Below are positions 12,799 through 26,317 of a stretch of 64,000 nucleotides of DNA, piece by piece (positions within the stretch are counted from its first letter, which is position 1; each line of letters begins with the position of its first letter). The stretch covers positions 161,200,001 to 161,264,000 of the forward strand of contig OX597817.1 of assembly GCA_951406725.2 (NCBI GenBank). Direction: 5' to 3'. The translations under genes were made by a program, and so were the position numbers. This DNA is from Octopus vulgaris (Eukaryota). Under the pieces are notes generated by a model, which was not told where the DNA came from, did not search any database, and saw nothing but the letters and a program-made list of their open reading frames with translations.

Positions 12799-13159
12799 AT
12801 AAGAATAATATAGCACAATGATAGAAAATACCAAGTTTTAACAGCAATTCACAGTATTTGTTCCTGCACCGGATACCAGCTTTAAGTTGCTGAGTTTTCA
12901 TTTATACAACATTATATAGATTATTCTTTAGAATTATTATATAATTAAATATTTTTCAGCATCAGCTTTGTGCAGGTGCTTCCTCAGGTGGAATGTGATG
13001 AAGCATGCTACGAAGTTATTACCTGAATTATACTATATATATATAATAAAATATTAGGGAATAAATCCAAACTTACAGGGAAAAATCAGATTTTGGATTA
13101 AATCCAATTTTATAGTATAAATATATTATATTATATTATATTATCTCTAATTTAATATA

Positions 13160-13211
<52 letters not shown>

Positions 13212-13420
13212 AAAGTAAGGAGATAATTATAATGCAGGTTATCATCTTGTCAGCACTTAATGTAGGAAATTGGCTAATGCAGTATTTCATTAACTGAGCA
13301 AATATTGGTTAAACTCCAGTTAATTATAAAGGGAAGTACTTTATATGTGGTATGGAATAAAATGTTTGTGTACCGAAACATAACATCATTTTGAATTACT
13401 CTTTTTTTCACTCAAATTAT

Positions 13421-13424
<4 letters not shown>

Positions 13425-13464
<40 letters not shown>

Positions 13465-13883
13465 TGTATATATATATATATATGTATGTATGTATATATA
13501 TATATATATATATATAGTATGTATGTATATATATATATATATATATATATAGTATGTATGTATATATGTATGTATATATATATATAGTATGTATGTATAT
13601 ATATATATATATATAGTATGTATGTATATATATATATATATATATATATAGTATGTATGTATATGTATATATATATATATATATATATAGTATGTATGTA
13701 TATGTATATATATATATATATATATGTATATTATATATATATATATAGTATGTATGTATATGTATATATATATATATATAGTATGTATGTGTATGTATAT
13801 ATATATATGTATGTATATATATATATATATATAGTATGTATGTATTATGTGTGTATATATATATATATATGTATGTATGTATG

Positions 13884-13916
<33 letters not shown>

Positions 13917-13955
13917 GTATATATATATATATGTGTGTATATATATATATATATG

Positions 13956-13996
<41 letters not shown>

Positions 13997-14104
13997 TGTA
14001 TATATATATATATATATATATATTTATGTGTGTATATATATATATGTATATATATATATTTATGTATGTATATATATTTGTGTATGTATATATATTTGTG
14101 TATG

Positions 14105-14136
<32 letters not shown>

Positions 14137-14487
14137 TGTGTATGTATATATATATATATTATGTGTATGTATATATATATATATGTGTATGTATAATATA
14201 TATGTGTATATGTGTATGTATATATATATGTGTATATGTGTATGTATATATATATGTGTATATGTGTATGTATATATATATATGTGTATATATATATATA
14301 TATATGTGTATGTATATATATATATATATGTGTACGTATATATATATATATGTGTATGTATATATATGTGTATGTATATATATATATGTGTATGTATATA
14401 TATATATATATATGTGTATGTATATATATATGTGTATGTATATATATAATATGTGTATGTATATATATGTGTGTATGTATATATATA

Positions 14488-14534
<47 letters not shown>

Positions 14535-14562
14535 TGTATGTATATATATATATATATATAAA
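13425..14562. repeat. ~1.1-kb (TA)n/(TATG)n microsatellite
   Basis: Seen directly; source of the spurious IY-repeat ORFs. Confidence 0.98.
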
Positions 14563-15209
14563 TACACACATACTATTTTACTCTTTTACTTGTTTCAGTC
14601 ATTTGACTGTGGCCATGCTGGAGCACAGCCATATGTGTGTGTGAGTGTGTGTGTCTGTTTGTACCCCCATCACCACTGACAACCGGTGTTGGTGTGTTTA
14701 TGTCCTCGTAACTTAGTGATTTGGCAAAAAGAGACTGATTGAGTAAGTACCAGGCTTAAAAAAATAAGAACTACAGCCCGTTCATTTGACTAAAACTTCA
14801 AGGTGATGCTGCAGCATGGTCACAGTCTAAAAATATATATATATATGGGTGTGGTGTGTGTGTGTGTGCGTGCATGCCTGCATGTGTATGTGTACAGATT
14901 TAATTCTTGATCGTATATAGAAGAGTTATTATCTACTGAAATAATTATCTGCTGTATATCAAATGCCCTCCTTTGTTTATCACATTTCGAGTGGCAGGAG
15001 TTTGCTTTGTTCTGTTATACATCACACCACAGGTGTTTGTTCTGTTGTATATCACGCTGCAAGAACTTTGTTGTATATCTTACTGCAAGTGGGGGGTTCA
15101 CCAGTAAGTGTATCACATTGCAGGGGTTAAAAAAATCTCACTGCATCAGCTGCTAACACATACATCACAAAGCCGAGATTGATGCACCAATATATATATA
15201 TATACATAT

Positions 15210-15279
<70 letters not shown>

Positions 15280-15282
<3 letters not shown>

Positions 15283-15491
15283 ATTCTTTTACATGTTTCT
15301 GTCATTTGACTGCAGCCCTGCTGGAGCACTGCCTTAAAGAGTTTTTAGTTGAAGAAATCAACCCCAGGACTTATTCTTTGTAAGCCTAGTACTTATTCTG
15401 TCAAACTATTTTGCTGAACTGCTAAGTTATGGGGACATAAAAACACCACCATCGGTTGTCAAGTGATGGTAGGGGGGACAAAAGCACACAC

Positions 15492-15522
<31 letters not shown>

Positions 15523-15678
15523 CACGACAGGCTTCTTCCAGTTTTCATCTATCAATCCACTCATGAGGCTCTGGTTGGCCCAAGGCCATAGTAGAAGACA
15601 TTTACCCAAGATGCCATACTGTGGGACTGAACCTGGAACCATATGGTTGGGAAGCAAGCTTCTTACCACAGAGCCACA
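15280..15678 (-). mobile_element. SINE family A
   Basis: Homology to other copies. Confidence 0.88.
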
Positions 15679-16180
15679 CATATATCACTTACTTGCAACA
15701 GCTGTTAGTTTAAATATAATGCAAGTGAAAGAGTTGACAATGATACAGAGGCCATCATATGAATTAGCGACCTATGTTTTTACACCAGTACTATTTCAAC
15801 ATATTCCAACAACAATGTAGGAAATGTAACCATCATCACCATCATCATCATTACTAGCATCTTCATCATCATCATCATTATTGTCATGTAATGTCTGTTT
15901 TAATTGATGGCATTAGTGGGAGAGTCTAACAGGATTTGACAAGCTGCAGATGTTATCTTTGGCGTGGTTTCTTCCGCTGGATGCCCTTCCCGATGTCAAC
16001 TATTTTTCGGTGTGCAATGTGTGCTTAATTTTGTGACACCAGTGCTAGTGAGGTTGCCAAGTAACAGGCAAAGCAAAGGAAAGAAAAGAAAGGAAAAGAG
16101 TCACTTTGAATGAGTGGGAGCATGTTTGAGGTGGAGGGGGAAGTGGCTTTATATTAGGTGTTCAAGACTAAAAAGTATGC

Positions 16181-16596
16181 TTTTTACTCTTTTACTTGTT
16201 TCAGTCATTTGAATGTGGCCATGCTGGAGCACCACCTTTAGTCAAGCAAATCGACTCCAGGACTTATTCTTTGTAAGCCTGGTGCTTATTCTATTGTTCT
16301 CTTTTGCCGAACTGTTAAGTTACGGAGACGTAAACACACCACCATCGGTTGTGAAGCGATGTTAGGGGAACAAACACAGACACACAAACATATACACACA
16401 CATACATATGTATATATATATACAGACACACACGACGGGCTTCTTTCAGTTTCCGTCTACCAAATCCACTCACAAGGTTTTGGTCGGCCCGAGGCTATAG
16501 TGGAAGACACTTGCCCAAGGTCCCACACAGTGAGACTGAACCTGGAACCATGTGGTTGGTAAGCAAGCTGCTTACCACACAGCCACTCCTACGCCT
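16181..16596 (-). mobile_element. SINE family A, full length
   Basis: Homology to other copies. Confidence 0.9.
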
Positions 16597-17258
16597 AGTA
16601 TGATAGAACCTCATGCACTTGGCATAAACCAAATGGTTAAATGTGTGTGTATGTGTGTGTTTGTGTGTGTGTGCATGTATCATAATCATGTTCACTTTTC
16701 CATGTTTGCATTGCCTGGACAGAGTTTATTCAGGCAGATTTTCTATGACTGGATGCTCTACCTGTTGCCAACCCTCACCTATTTCCAAGCAAGGTAACAT
16801 TTCCCAATGGCCAGACATGTTCTTGCAGAATATTGGAAACGAATAACACTTTGTATGACAGTGACAAACATCTTAAAACTATCATACAATGTCAAGGCAA
16901 GAAGAAACAAATATACACATACTTATGCGTACATGCATGTATGGTGAAAAGTTCTTTGCTTCAAAATACAGGAGGATCAGTTAATTATGATTTTATTCAA
17001 CAGATTCCCCTCAATTTTTCTAAGCCCTGTAAAAGAATTCAGAAAATTGGGCTGCCAATCAGACCTTTCACAATACCCTTAAAGCCAGGAACTTTTCAGC
17101 ACACCCTCGTACACACACACAAGATGATAAATATACATATATATAAAACAGTCTGCTTTCAGTTTCCATCTACAAATTTATTCACAGGGCATTCATTGGC
17201 CTAGGGCTATAATACAAGACACCTTAGGTGCCATGCAGTGGAACTGAACCCAAATCCT

Positions 17259-17420
17259 TCATCATCATCATTGTTTAATGTCCATTTTCCGTGCTAGCAC
17301 AGGTTGGACGGTTCGACTGGGGTTTGGGAAGCCAGGAGGCTGCACCAGCCTCCAGTCTGATCTGGCAGTGTTTCTACAGCTGGATGCCCTTCCTAACGCC
17401 AACCACTCTGTGAGTGTAGT
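17259..17420 (-). mobile_element. RTE LINE 3' end
   Basis: (CAT)n and GGATGCCCTTCCTAACGCCAACC. Confidence 0.8.
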
Positions 17421-18267
17421 AATAACCATGCACCTATGCTTTTGCACCAGATGTTTCAAATGGGGCCCTATATCCGACATTGGACCCTCATTCAAAATAC
17501 TACTCTACACCGCATTGTATCATATCATATTTTCTTTTTTAAATCATATACCCAAATATACCCTGCCTCACCACAATTTTTACATACATTTCCAAACTGA
17601 TTCGCATCAAACAGGCTCTCACCTACCCTTGTGACTTACACACGCATGCTCATTCACTCACACACACACAGACACATCTATCTGTGTGCATGTGTATATG
17701 TGTGTGTACATATATATATGCATGTATATATATATATGTGCATATATACTTACATATATACATATGTATATGCATTTGTGTGTGTGTGTGTGTACAAGGA
17801 AGGATTGAAAATTCATGACACGTGCCTTATTACATAAAAGGAAATTATTTTATTTAATTACATGCTAATAACAGTAATTAGTAATTAAGTAATATGTTTT
17901 TGTATTTTTTTGGTTATGTACTTTTATATTTCTGCAGGCTCTCTTAAGCACTTACAGCAATCCAAAACAATCAACAAAACATATATGTAATTATCAAAAT
18001 TGATTAACAGGACTAGTGTTACAAAATTCCAGCCTCAAACTCACACGGCAGCATATATGCATGTGTGTAGATGTTTGTGTTTATGTGTATATGTGTATCT
18101 GTGTATCTCTACCTGTCTGTCTAGCTCTTCTTTCTGCTTTCTCCTCCTCTCTCTGTCTCCTCCTTCTCAACTCCCTCCCTGAATTATTTATACACACACA
18201 CACACACACACACACAGGTATGGAACGTAGATGTTAAATGATGATAATAAAATATACATGTTATGTG

Positions 18268-18298
<31 letters not shown>

Positions 18299-18314
18299 TT
18301 GTGTGATATGTGGT

Positions 18315-18438
18315 AATATATATATATATATATATAAGTATATATATATAATGTATATATATATATAATGTATATATATATAATGTATATATATATAAGT
18401 ATATATATATAATGTATATATATATATATATATATATA

Positions 18439-18497
<59 letters not shown>

Positions 18498-18514
18498 GTA
18501 TATATATATAATGT

Positions 18515-18560
<46 letters not shown>

Positions 18561-18582
18561 ATAATATATATATATATATAAT

Positions 18583-18649
<67 letters not shown>

Positions 18650-18711
18650 ATGTATATATATATAATATATATATATATAATATATATATATATATGCATA
18701 TATATATTATA

Positions 18712-18766
<55 letters not shown>

Positions 18767-18768
18767 AT
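18315..18768. repeat. (TA)n microsatellite
   Basis: Seen directly. Confidence 0.98.
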
Positions 18769-19359
18769 GTTACACAACACTGGATGAGAGGCACTAGTAT
18801 AATATTATATACTCTTCTCACTGTTCTTATTTACCAACCACCGACTCCAACCTCAGACTCCCACTGTGTTAACTACCTCTATTATATCAGCAACAGGGTT
18901 GTTAAACATAAAACAAAAAACAAAAAACAAAAACAAAAAACAAAAAAAAAACAAAAAAAAAACTTCCACCATAGCTCTTTCAGTTAGTCTTGTCCTGTAT
19001 ATTTAACTGACATAGTATTTCAGAGTGTATGTTTCAATGTTTTCTTGTGATGGAGAGGAAGGATAGCTAACTGGCTGGCTGGCTGGCTGGCTGGCTGGTT
19101 GGCTGGGCGGTTGGCTGGCTGGTTGGCTGGATGGTTGGGCGGTTGGTTGGCCGGGCGGTTGGTACCAACACTCAACTTACTTTCTTTCACTTAATAACTC
19201 ATTGACCAACTTATTTATTTATTGTTGTCTGTCTTACTCTCCACTGTATTGTACACTTGTAAACTGAACTAAATTAACTAAGTACATTCCTTTCACATAC
19301 CCCATGCATTTATCATTTGTTTTTCTCTGTGTGTGTGTGTAGCTTATATAGAGGAAAGT

Positions 19360-19742
19360 GGAGGCGCAATGGCCCAGTGGTTAGGGCAGTGGACTTGCAG
19401 TCGTAGGATCGCGGTTTCGATTCCCAGACCGGGCGTTGTGAGTGTTTATTGAGCGAAAACATCTAAAAAGCTCCACGAGGCTCCGGCAGGGATGGTGGTG
19501 ATCCCTGCTGTACTCTTTCACCACAACTTTCTCTCACTCTTACTTCCTGTTTCTGTTGTACCTGTATTTCAAAGGGCCGGCCTTGTCACTCTCTGTGTCA
19601 CGCTGAATATCCCCGAGAACTACGTTAAGGGTACACGTGTCTGTGGAGTGCTCAGCCACTTACACGTTAATTTCATGAGCAGGCTGTTCCGTTGATCGGA
19701 TCAACCGGAACTGTCGTCGTCGTAACCGACGGAGTGCTTCCA
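19360..19742 (+). mobile_element. tRNA-derived SINE, family C
   Basis: GGAGGCGCAATGGCCCAGTGGTTAGGGCAG...GTTTCGATTCCC; homologous to 25630-25934 and 34701-35000. Confidence 0.85.
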
Positions 19743-19900
19743 AAAAATATAGAGGAAATCTGTATACAAACTTAAAAGTGAATACTCTGCACTTCTAACA
19801 CACAGTAAGACAGGATCTAGACTTGTAAACATCTAATATACTTGATTGTATTTTAGGGTAGCCAAAACGAGATAATGTGTCCCTACCAGTAATTAATATA

Positions 19901-20287
19901 CAGTGATACCTCGTAGTACGAGTTTAATTTGTTCCGCGACCAAGCTCGTCTTACGATTTACTCGTCTTACAAAGCAAATTTTCCCATTGAAATTAACTAA
20001 AATGTAATTAATCCGTTCCAGCCCCACAAAACTACTCGAAATTAATTTTTTATGGGTTTTAAAACGGAAAAGGTGTAGTTACAAGTAAAATGACAATTGT
20101 AAAAAAAAAGAATGCAAAATAAATATTCTAAACTGGTTTTATTAACTGAATTACCTTAAAGATGGGACGATTTATGTGCTCGTACAGTGAATTTCTGCTC
20201 GTATTTCAAGACAAAAATTTGCACAAGACTCGGCTAGTACAGCAAATTACTCATACAATGGGGTACTCGTACTGCAAGGTTCTATAT
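19901..20287. mobile_element. Tigger/pogo-like non-autonomous DNA transposon (MITE)
   Basis: TA then CAGTGATACCTCGTAGTACGAG; imperfect inverted end CTCGTACTGCAAGGTTC followed by TA. Confidence 0.7.
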
Positions 20288-20336
20288 ATACACATACACA
20301 TACATACATACATACATATATACATACATACATACA

Positions 20337-20370
<34 letters not shown>

Positions 20371-20374
<4 letters not shown>

Positions 20375-21885
20375 TCATCGTTGCCGTTTAACGTCTGCTT
20401 TCCATGCTGACATGGGTTGGACGGTTTGACTGGGGGCTGGCAATCCAATCTGGCAAGTTTCTACAGCTGGATGCCCTTCCTAATGACAACCACTTCGAGA
20501 GTGTAGTGGGTGCTTTTTATGTGTCACTAGCACAGGAGCCACTCATGTGGCACTGGCAACGACCTCGCTCGAATGGTGCTTTTCACATGCCACTAGCACA
20601 GGATCAGTCTGCCCGCACTGGCATCAACAATGCTTAAAAGGTGCTTTTTACATGCCACTGGCATGGTAGCTAGTCAGGCAGCACTGGCATTGACCATGCT
20701 CGAATGCTACTTTTAACGTGCCACTAGCAGGGGTGCCAATCAGATGGTACTGTCATCAACCACGACAATGACTTGCCTCACCAGGTCTTTGCAAGTGTAG
20801 TTTATTGCCCAATGATTGAAGGGTACTCTTTAATGGGCTGGTTATGCTACACTGGCATATGTCACAGTTACAGTCTCACTTGGCTTGCCAGGTCTTCTCA
20901 AGCACAGCGTATCTCCAAGGGTCTACGTCACTTGTCATTGCCTCAGTGAGGCTCAATGTTTGAAGGTCGTGCGTCACCACCTCATCCCAGGTCTTCCTGG
21001 GTCTACCTCTTCCGCAGGTTCTCTCTACTTCTAGGGTGTGACCCTTTTTCATACAGCTATCCTCATCCATACACAGCACATGACCATACCAACGCAGTCG
21101 TCTCTCTTGCACACCACATCTGATGCTTCTTAGGTCCAACATTTCTCTCAAGGTACTTACACTCTGTCTGGTATGCACACTGACATTACACATCCATCAG
21201 AGCATACTGGCTTCATTCCTTGCAAGCTTACGCATGTCCTCAGCTGTTACGGCCCATGTTTCACTGCCATGTAGCATGGCTGTTTACACACATGCGTCAT
21301 ACAGTCTACCTTTTACTCTGAGCAAGAGGCCCTTTGTCACCAGCAGAGGTTGGAGCTCTCTGAACTTTGCCCAGGCTATTCTTATTCTAGCAGCTACACT
21401 TTCAGAGCATCCACCCTCACTACTGACTTGGTCACCTAGGTAATGGAAGTTATCAACTACTTGTAGTTTTGCCCCCTGGAATGTGATGGAAGCTGTTTTC
21501 TGCACATTTTCAGTGTTTATTGCTCCTGAGCATCTGGCACACAAAAAAACTATCTTCCCAGTTAGCCTTCCTTTGATATTGCTGCAACTCTTATGTGTCC
21601 ATAGCTTACACTGGGTACATCTTATGGAGTTTCTACCTACTTCTTTTCTACAGATCAAGTAGGGCATCTACCTGAAGGGATTTGTGGTTTGTCTGACTTC
21701 TTACTTATTAAGACTTTGGTTTTTGCTACATTGATTCTAAGGCCATTCGATTCTACACCTTGCTTCCACACCTGAAACTTCTCCTCTAGTTCTGATAGTG
21801 ACTCAGGTTTTAGAGCAAGGTCATCAGCATAGAGAAGCTCCCAGGTGCACCCTGTCTTGAATTCTTCTGTTATTACCTGGAGAAC
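20371..21885 (-). mobile_element. 5'-truncated RTE-clade LINE: C-terminal RT with embedded zinc finger, repeat-containing 3'UTR, (GAT)n tail
   Basis: WELLYADDL (YADD at 21820-21831), FHYLG, RIRIAWAKFREL, HGSETW, RRLRWYGHV, GRGRPRKTW; stop at 20876; in-frame stops. Confidence 0.95.
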
Positions 21886-21894
21886 TATGATGAA

Positions 21895-22266
21895 TAAGCT
21901 TGCTTATGAACCACATTGTTCCATGTTCAGTCCCACTGCGTGGCATCCTTGGCAAGTGTCTTCTACTATAGCCTCGGGCTGACCAAACCCTTGTGAGTGG
22001 ATTTGGTAGACGGAAACTGAAAGAAGCCCATCGTATATATGTATATATGTGTGTCTGTATTTTCCCCCTCAACATCGCTTGACAACTGATGCTGGTGTGT
22101 TTACGTCCCCGTAACTTAGCAGTTCAACAAAAGAGACGGATAGAATAAGTACTAGGCTTACAAAGAATAAGTCCTGGGTATCGATTTGCTCGAATAAAGG
22201 CAGTGCTCCAGCATGGCCACAGTCAAATGACTGAAACAAGTAAAAGAGTGAAAAAGAGTAAGAGTA
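21895..22266 (+). mobile_element. SINE family A
   Basis: Homology to other copies. Confidence 0.88.
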
Positions 22267-22408
22267 TACACCCATTACCTATTTGTCCTGAATTGGTCTT
22301 GTTGGGCATCAGCAAGCTTGCAAACTTACCTCCATAATCTTTGTTTGCAATACTGAGCCAAGTCCAAGATATATATACATGCATGCATATGTACTTATAT
22401 ACTTATAT

Positions 22409-22482
<74 letters not shown>

Positions 22483-23221
22483 AATGTATATGTATACATA
22501 CACACACACACATACATATGTGAGTGTGTGTATGCATGCTTGTGTTTGTCTCCCATTACTCGACAACTGGTATTGGTTTGTTTACATCCCTGTATCTTAG
22601 TGGTTCAGTAAAAAACAAAAGAAGGCTGATATAATAAGTGCCAGGCTTTAGCAAATAAATAATGGGGTTGATTTGATTGACTAACCCCTACAGGTCAGTG
22701 CCCCAGCATAGCCACAGTCTAAAGGCTTGAGCAAAAAAAAATATAAAAGAATATGCTTGTATATATGTATGTATGTGCATGTGCACACATGTATGTGTAT
22801 ATATGTTTGTGTGTGATGCACCAAACACTCGTGGTTATTATATAAGCAATGCTACTTATATATATTTTTGTCTACTTTTTTTTTTATTTATCTGACTTCA
22901 GCTTATTTACTTATTTGTTAATTTCACTTTTCTACAGATTAACTCAGTTTGCCTTTCTTGTTTTTTCCTTGTAATACAGCTACTTAATTTTTGTAATATA
23001 AAATCTTTAGCATTCAAATTGGTTGAAGCTAGCTGTCATAAAGCCAGCTGTTATTTTGTTCAAACAAGTCATACATCCGTGTTGACATGTGACCTTTTGG
23101 AAGCAGGAAAACTTGCACATTAACTGAGTTTCCTCATTTAAACATTTATGTATATATGTACACCTCATCATATCTAGCATAAATATTTCAACATATCTAG
23201 CATTATTAGTATTATAATAAA

Positions 23222-23655
23222 GGCGGCGAGCTGGCAGAATTGTTAGCACGCCGGGCAAAATGCTTAGCCGTATTTCGTCTGCAGCTACGTTTTGAGTTCA
23301 AATTCTGCCGAGGTCGAATTTGCCTGTCATCCTTTCGGGGTCGATTAAAATAAGTACCAGTTACACACTGAGGTCGATGTAATCGACTTAATCCGTTTGT
23401 CTGTCCTTGTTTGTCTCCTCTGTATGTAGCCCCTTGTGGGCAGGAAAGAAATAAGAAACATTAGCACATCTGGTAAAATGTATAGTGACATTTTGTCCAT
23501 CTTTGCATTCTGAGCTCAAATTCCAGCAAGGTTGGCCTTGCTTTCATCCTTTTGGAGTCAATAAAATGAGTACTAGTTGAGCCCTGGGTTTGATGTAATC
23601 ACCTTACCCCTCTCCTAAAACTGCTGGCCTTGTGTCAAAACTTGAAACTAATATT
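23222..23655 (+). mobile_element. Two tandem or nested family B SINEs
   Basis: GGCGGCGAGCTGGCAGAATTGTTAGC A-box and GAGTTCAAATTC B-box; older copy from about 23456. Confidence 0.85.
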
Positions 23656-25289
23656 AAGATTGCTTAAGCATTAAGCCGTAGGCAAGTTACACCATTTTAT
23701 ATGAATTCATTGGCACATTTAATATGACAAGCGGAATGTTAGACATGTGGATGCATGCTAGAAGATTAATCATGGTGTCAATGGCTCTGAAATATTATCT
23801 ACTCAAAGAACTAGTGTATACCTGAAGATACAGCATTGCCTTGCACAGCAACTAATCTATATCTACTAATATAGTATCTTTAGTATAGCAGCAATTTTAT
23901 CTAGTTATTATCAAATATGTCTGATATAATAACTGCTGGATGTCTATTGATAAAAAGTCTGCGAAATGTTGAAAATGTGTATCGCAGAGGTGGGAGATCT
24001 GTGACCTCCTGATAGACTAAGTGCGACCTTCTGAAAGAATTACAATGTTTGAGGGGAGAATCATTATGCTGGAATATATTTTTGCTGATAAAAGAATTTA
24101 TCAAAATATTGAGCAAAATATTTTTACAGCAAGAAAAAAATAAAAAAATTAAAAGTATAAAATATCAAATTATCCAGACCCCCCACCCCTCAAAAAAAGG
24201 AAAAGAAGAAAAGGTGTGGGGAATTAAGCAGAAAAAGATGGGGAGAGGAAGTAACAGATTGTATACCCCAGTCCAAATGCTGTTTCTGCCACTCCTTGCG
24301 GATAATAATTGCAATGACTTTACTGTAAAGAATAGCTAGTGATATCCATTGCAATGGCCCCCACATCTTGGGGGGGGGGGGGGGCTCATTTCTCAGACAG
24401 GCTGCTGTTATCCTTATTTTGCAGAGGAAATGAACAATGCAGGCTGAGTACACCTGAGGTCTTGACAATGACTGACACAAACAGATAGTGACTGCTCAGA
24501 CTCCTGTATTTGTTTAACTTCCTCTCTTCTGCATTACAGCCTGGCAATACCTAGTTTTGCAGCTGATTTTTGTTGATCCATTTCTTTTTAAAGCCTATCT
24601 TTTTAAGACAAACGAGAACATATGTATTCATTTTTGATACATTCAGGCAGATTTGAATTGACTTTGTTAATTGCTATTGTATTTCTTCATTGCAAAACAA
24701 CTTCCTTCGAATGAATGTGTGTTCATGACTCACTCGATTTATTAACATAAGGAGACTTTGGGACTCCAGTGTTTTGACATTGTTATATCTCCTCAGCTAA
24801 AGTTAGACCAGACAGTGAATTTAATAAGTGTTTGTAACTCTTATCAGCAAACAAATTATTTGCTGCTGTGTGATTATATCTGCCAACCGAAAATAAATTG
24901 TCATGTGCATGATGAACAGCAAAAATCAGATTGATGATATACATATTCATTATTAATACAACTGTGATTAGCATATTCATGTTCAAATCTGCTGAATATA
25001 TTAAGAATGAATATGTATTGTTCTGATTCTTGCTCTTTGCCATTCACTTGCTGATTTATTCCTATCTTTTCAGTTACTTGTGAAATTTTAGAAATGCTGT
25101 TTATATTTCTTTATTTATTTGTAATTTCTTGTATAAAGTATTTAAAACAAGTCTGAAGAGATCTTCAGAAAAAAAAATGAGTTAACCATTTCTTTATCAT
25201 ATTTCTGTTAAAATACATTGTCTCTCTATCAATTGATTTTGAAAATAAAAGAATTTAGTAAAATAACTGTCAATATTAAGCTGGCTGTA

Positions 25290-25505
25290 GGTGGCAAGCT
25301 GGCAGAATTGTTAGCACATTATGCAAAAGGCTTAGCAGCAGTTTGTCTGTTTTAACATTTCAAGTTCAAATTCCACTGAGGTTAACTTTGCCTTTCATCC
25401 TCTTGGGGCCAGTAAAATAAGTACCAGTTCAGCACTGGGGTTGCTGTAATCAACTTAGCCCCTCACCTGAAATTGCAATCCTTATGCCAAAATTTGAAAC
25501 CAATT
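25290..25505 (+). mobile_element. SINE family B
   Basis: Homology to 23222. Confidence 0.8.
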
Positions 25506-25629
25506 TTAATCTAGTGATATATGTAATATAAATTACTATGAAATTTGGATGGAAAGTTTTAATTTTGTAATTCAAAGATGTACACAAAACAATATGGATC
25601 AAAACAATAATATACCTAAAAATGATAAA

Positions 25630-25934
25630 CGTCGCCCTTTTCAAGCCTAGCCAGGCTCACAGGCCTGGTTTCCAGGTTTCTGTGGAATATGTGTTCCCTC
25701 AGCTGGACAGGACGCCAGTCCATCGCAGTGTTACTCAAGAAACAAGAAGAAAGAGTGAGAGAAAGTTGTGGCAAAAGAGTACAACAGGGGTCGCCACCAC
25801 CCCCTGCTGGATCCTCATGGAGCTTCTAAGTGTTTTCACTCAATAAACACGCACAACACCTGGTCTGGGAATCGAAACTGCGACCCTCCGACTGCGAGTC
25901 TGCTGCCCTAACTACTGGGCCATTGCGCCTCCAC
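25630..25934 (-). mobile_element. SINE family C
   Basis: Reverse-complement head ...CCACTGGGCCATTGCGCCTCC-like. Confidence 0.85.
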
Positions 25935-26091
25935 ATATTATACCTAGTCATTCTTAATATATTATGGTTGATTTGTATCTGATTGTGGTTGTTTTCCATC
26001 ATTGAGTGATACTTCCTCCTTTTAGATTCACATCTGAATCCGCCAGAACTTATTAACGAGTAAGATATGTTATTGTTTAATTTAGATTGTT

Positions 26092-26317
26092 TTAACCTTT
26101 TAGCATTCAGATTATTCTATCAAATTTAGTGCTTATTTATTCACATTGCTATGATTTAATCATGCATTATTTTGTAGCTTCAAAAGTTTGATGATATGAT
26201 TGTTATTTTTCAAATGACAATGTAGGGTAGGTGTGAGAGGCTGGATATGGCTGGCTTGAATGTAAAACAATTTGCATATTTGGGCTGGATGTGGCCAGTT
26301 TAAATGCTTAAGGTTAA
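26092..26317. mobile_element. TTAA-flanked piggyBac-like MITE
   Basis: TTAA-CCTTTTAGCATT ... AATGCTTAAGG-TTAA inverted ends. Confidence 0.65.

Noticed and set aside
13423-14571. 382-aa ORF and the other long IY/HT/CV ORFs (3296-3713, 18184-18821, 51736-52778, 61377-62321)
   Set aside because: Stop-free translations of dinucleotide microsatellites, open in several frames on both strands
17938-17986. Acceptor-like TTTCTGCAG followed by a short open frame
   Set aside because: No homology to ASAP and only a weak donor
19360-19435. tRNA gene-like heads (also 11579, 23222, 34701, 51358)
   Set aside because: They continue into multi-copy SINE bodies and lack a proper acceptor stem
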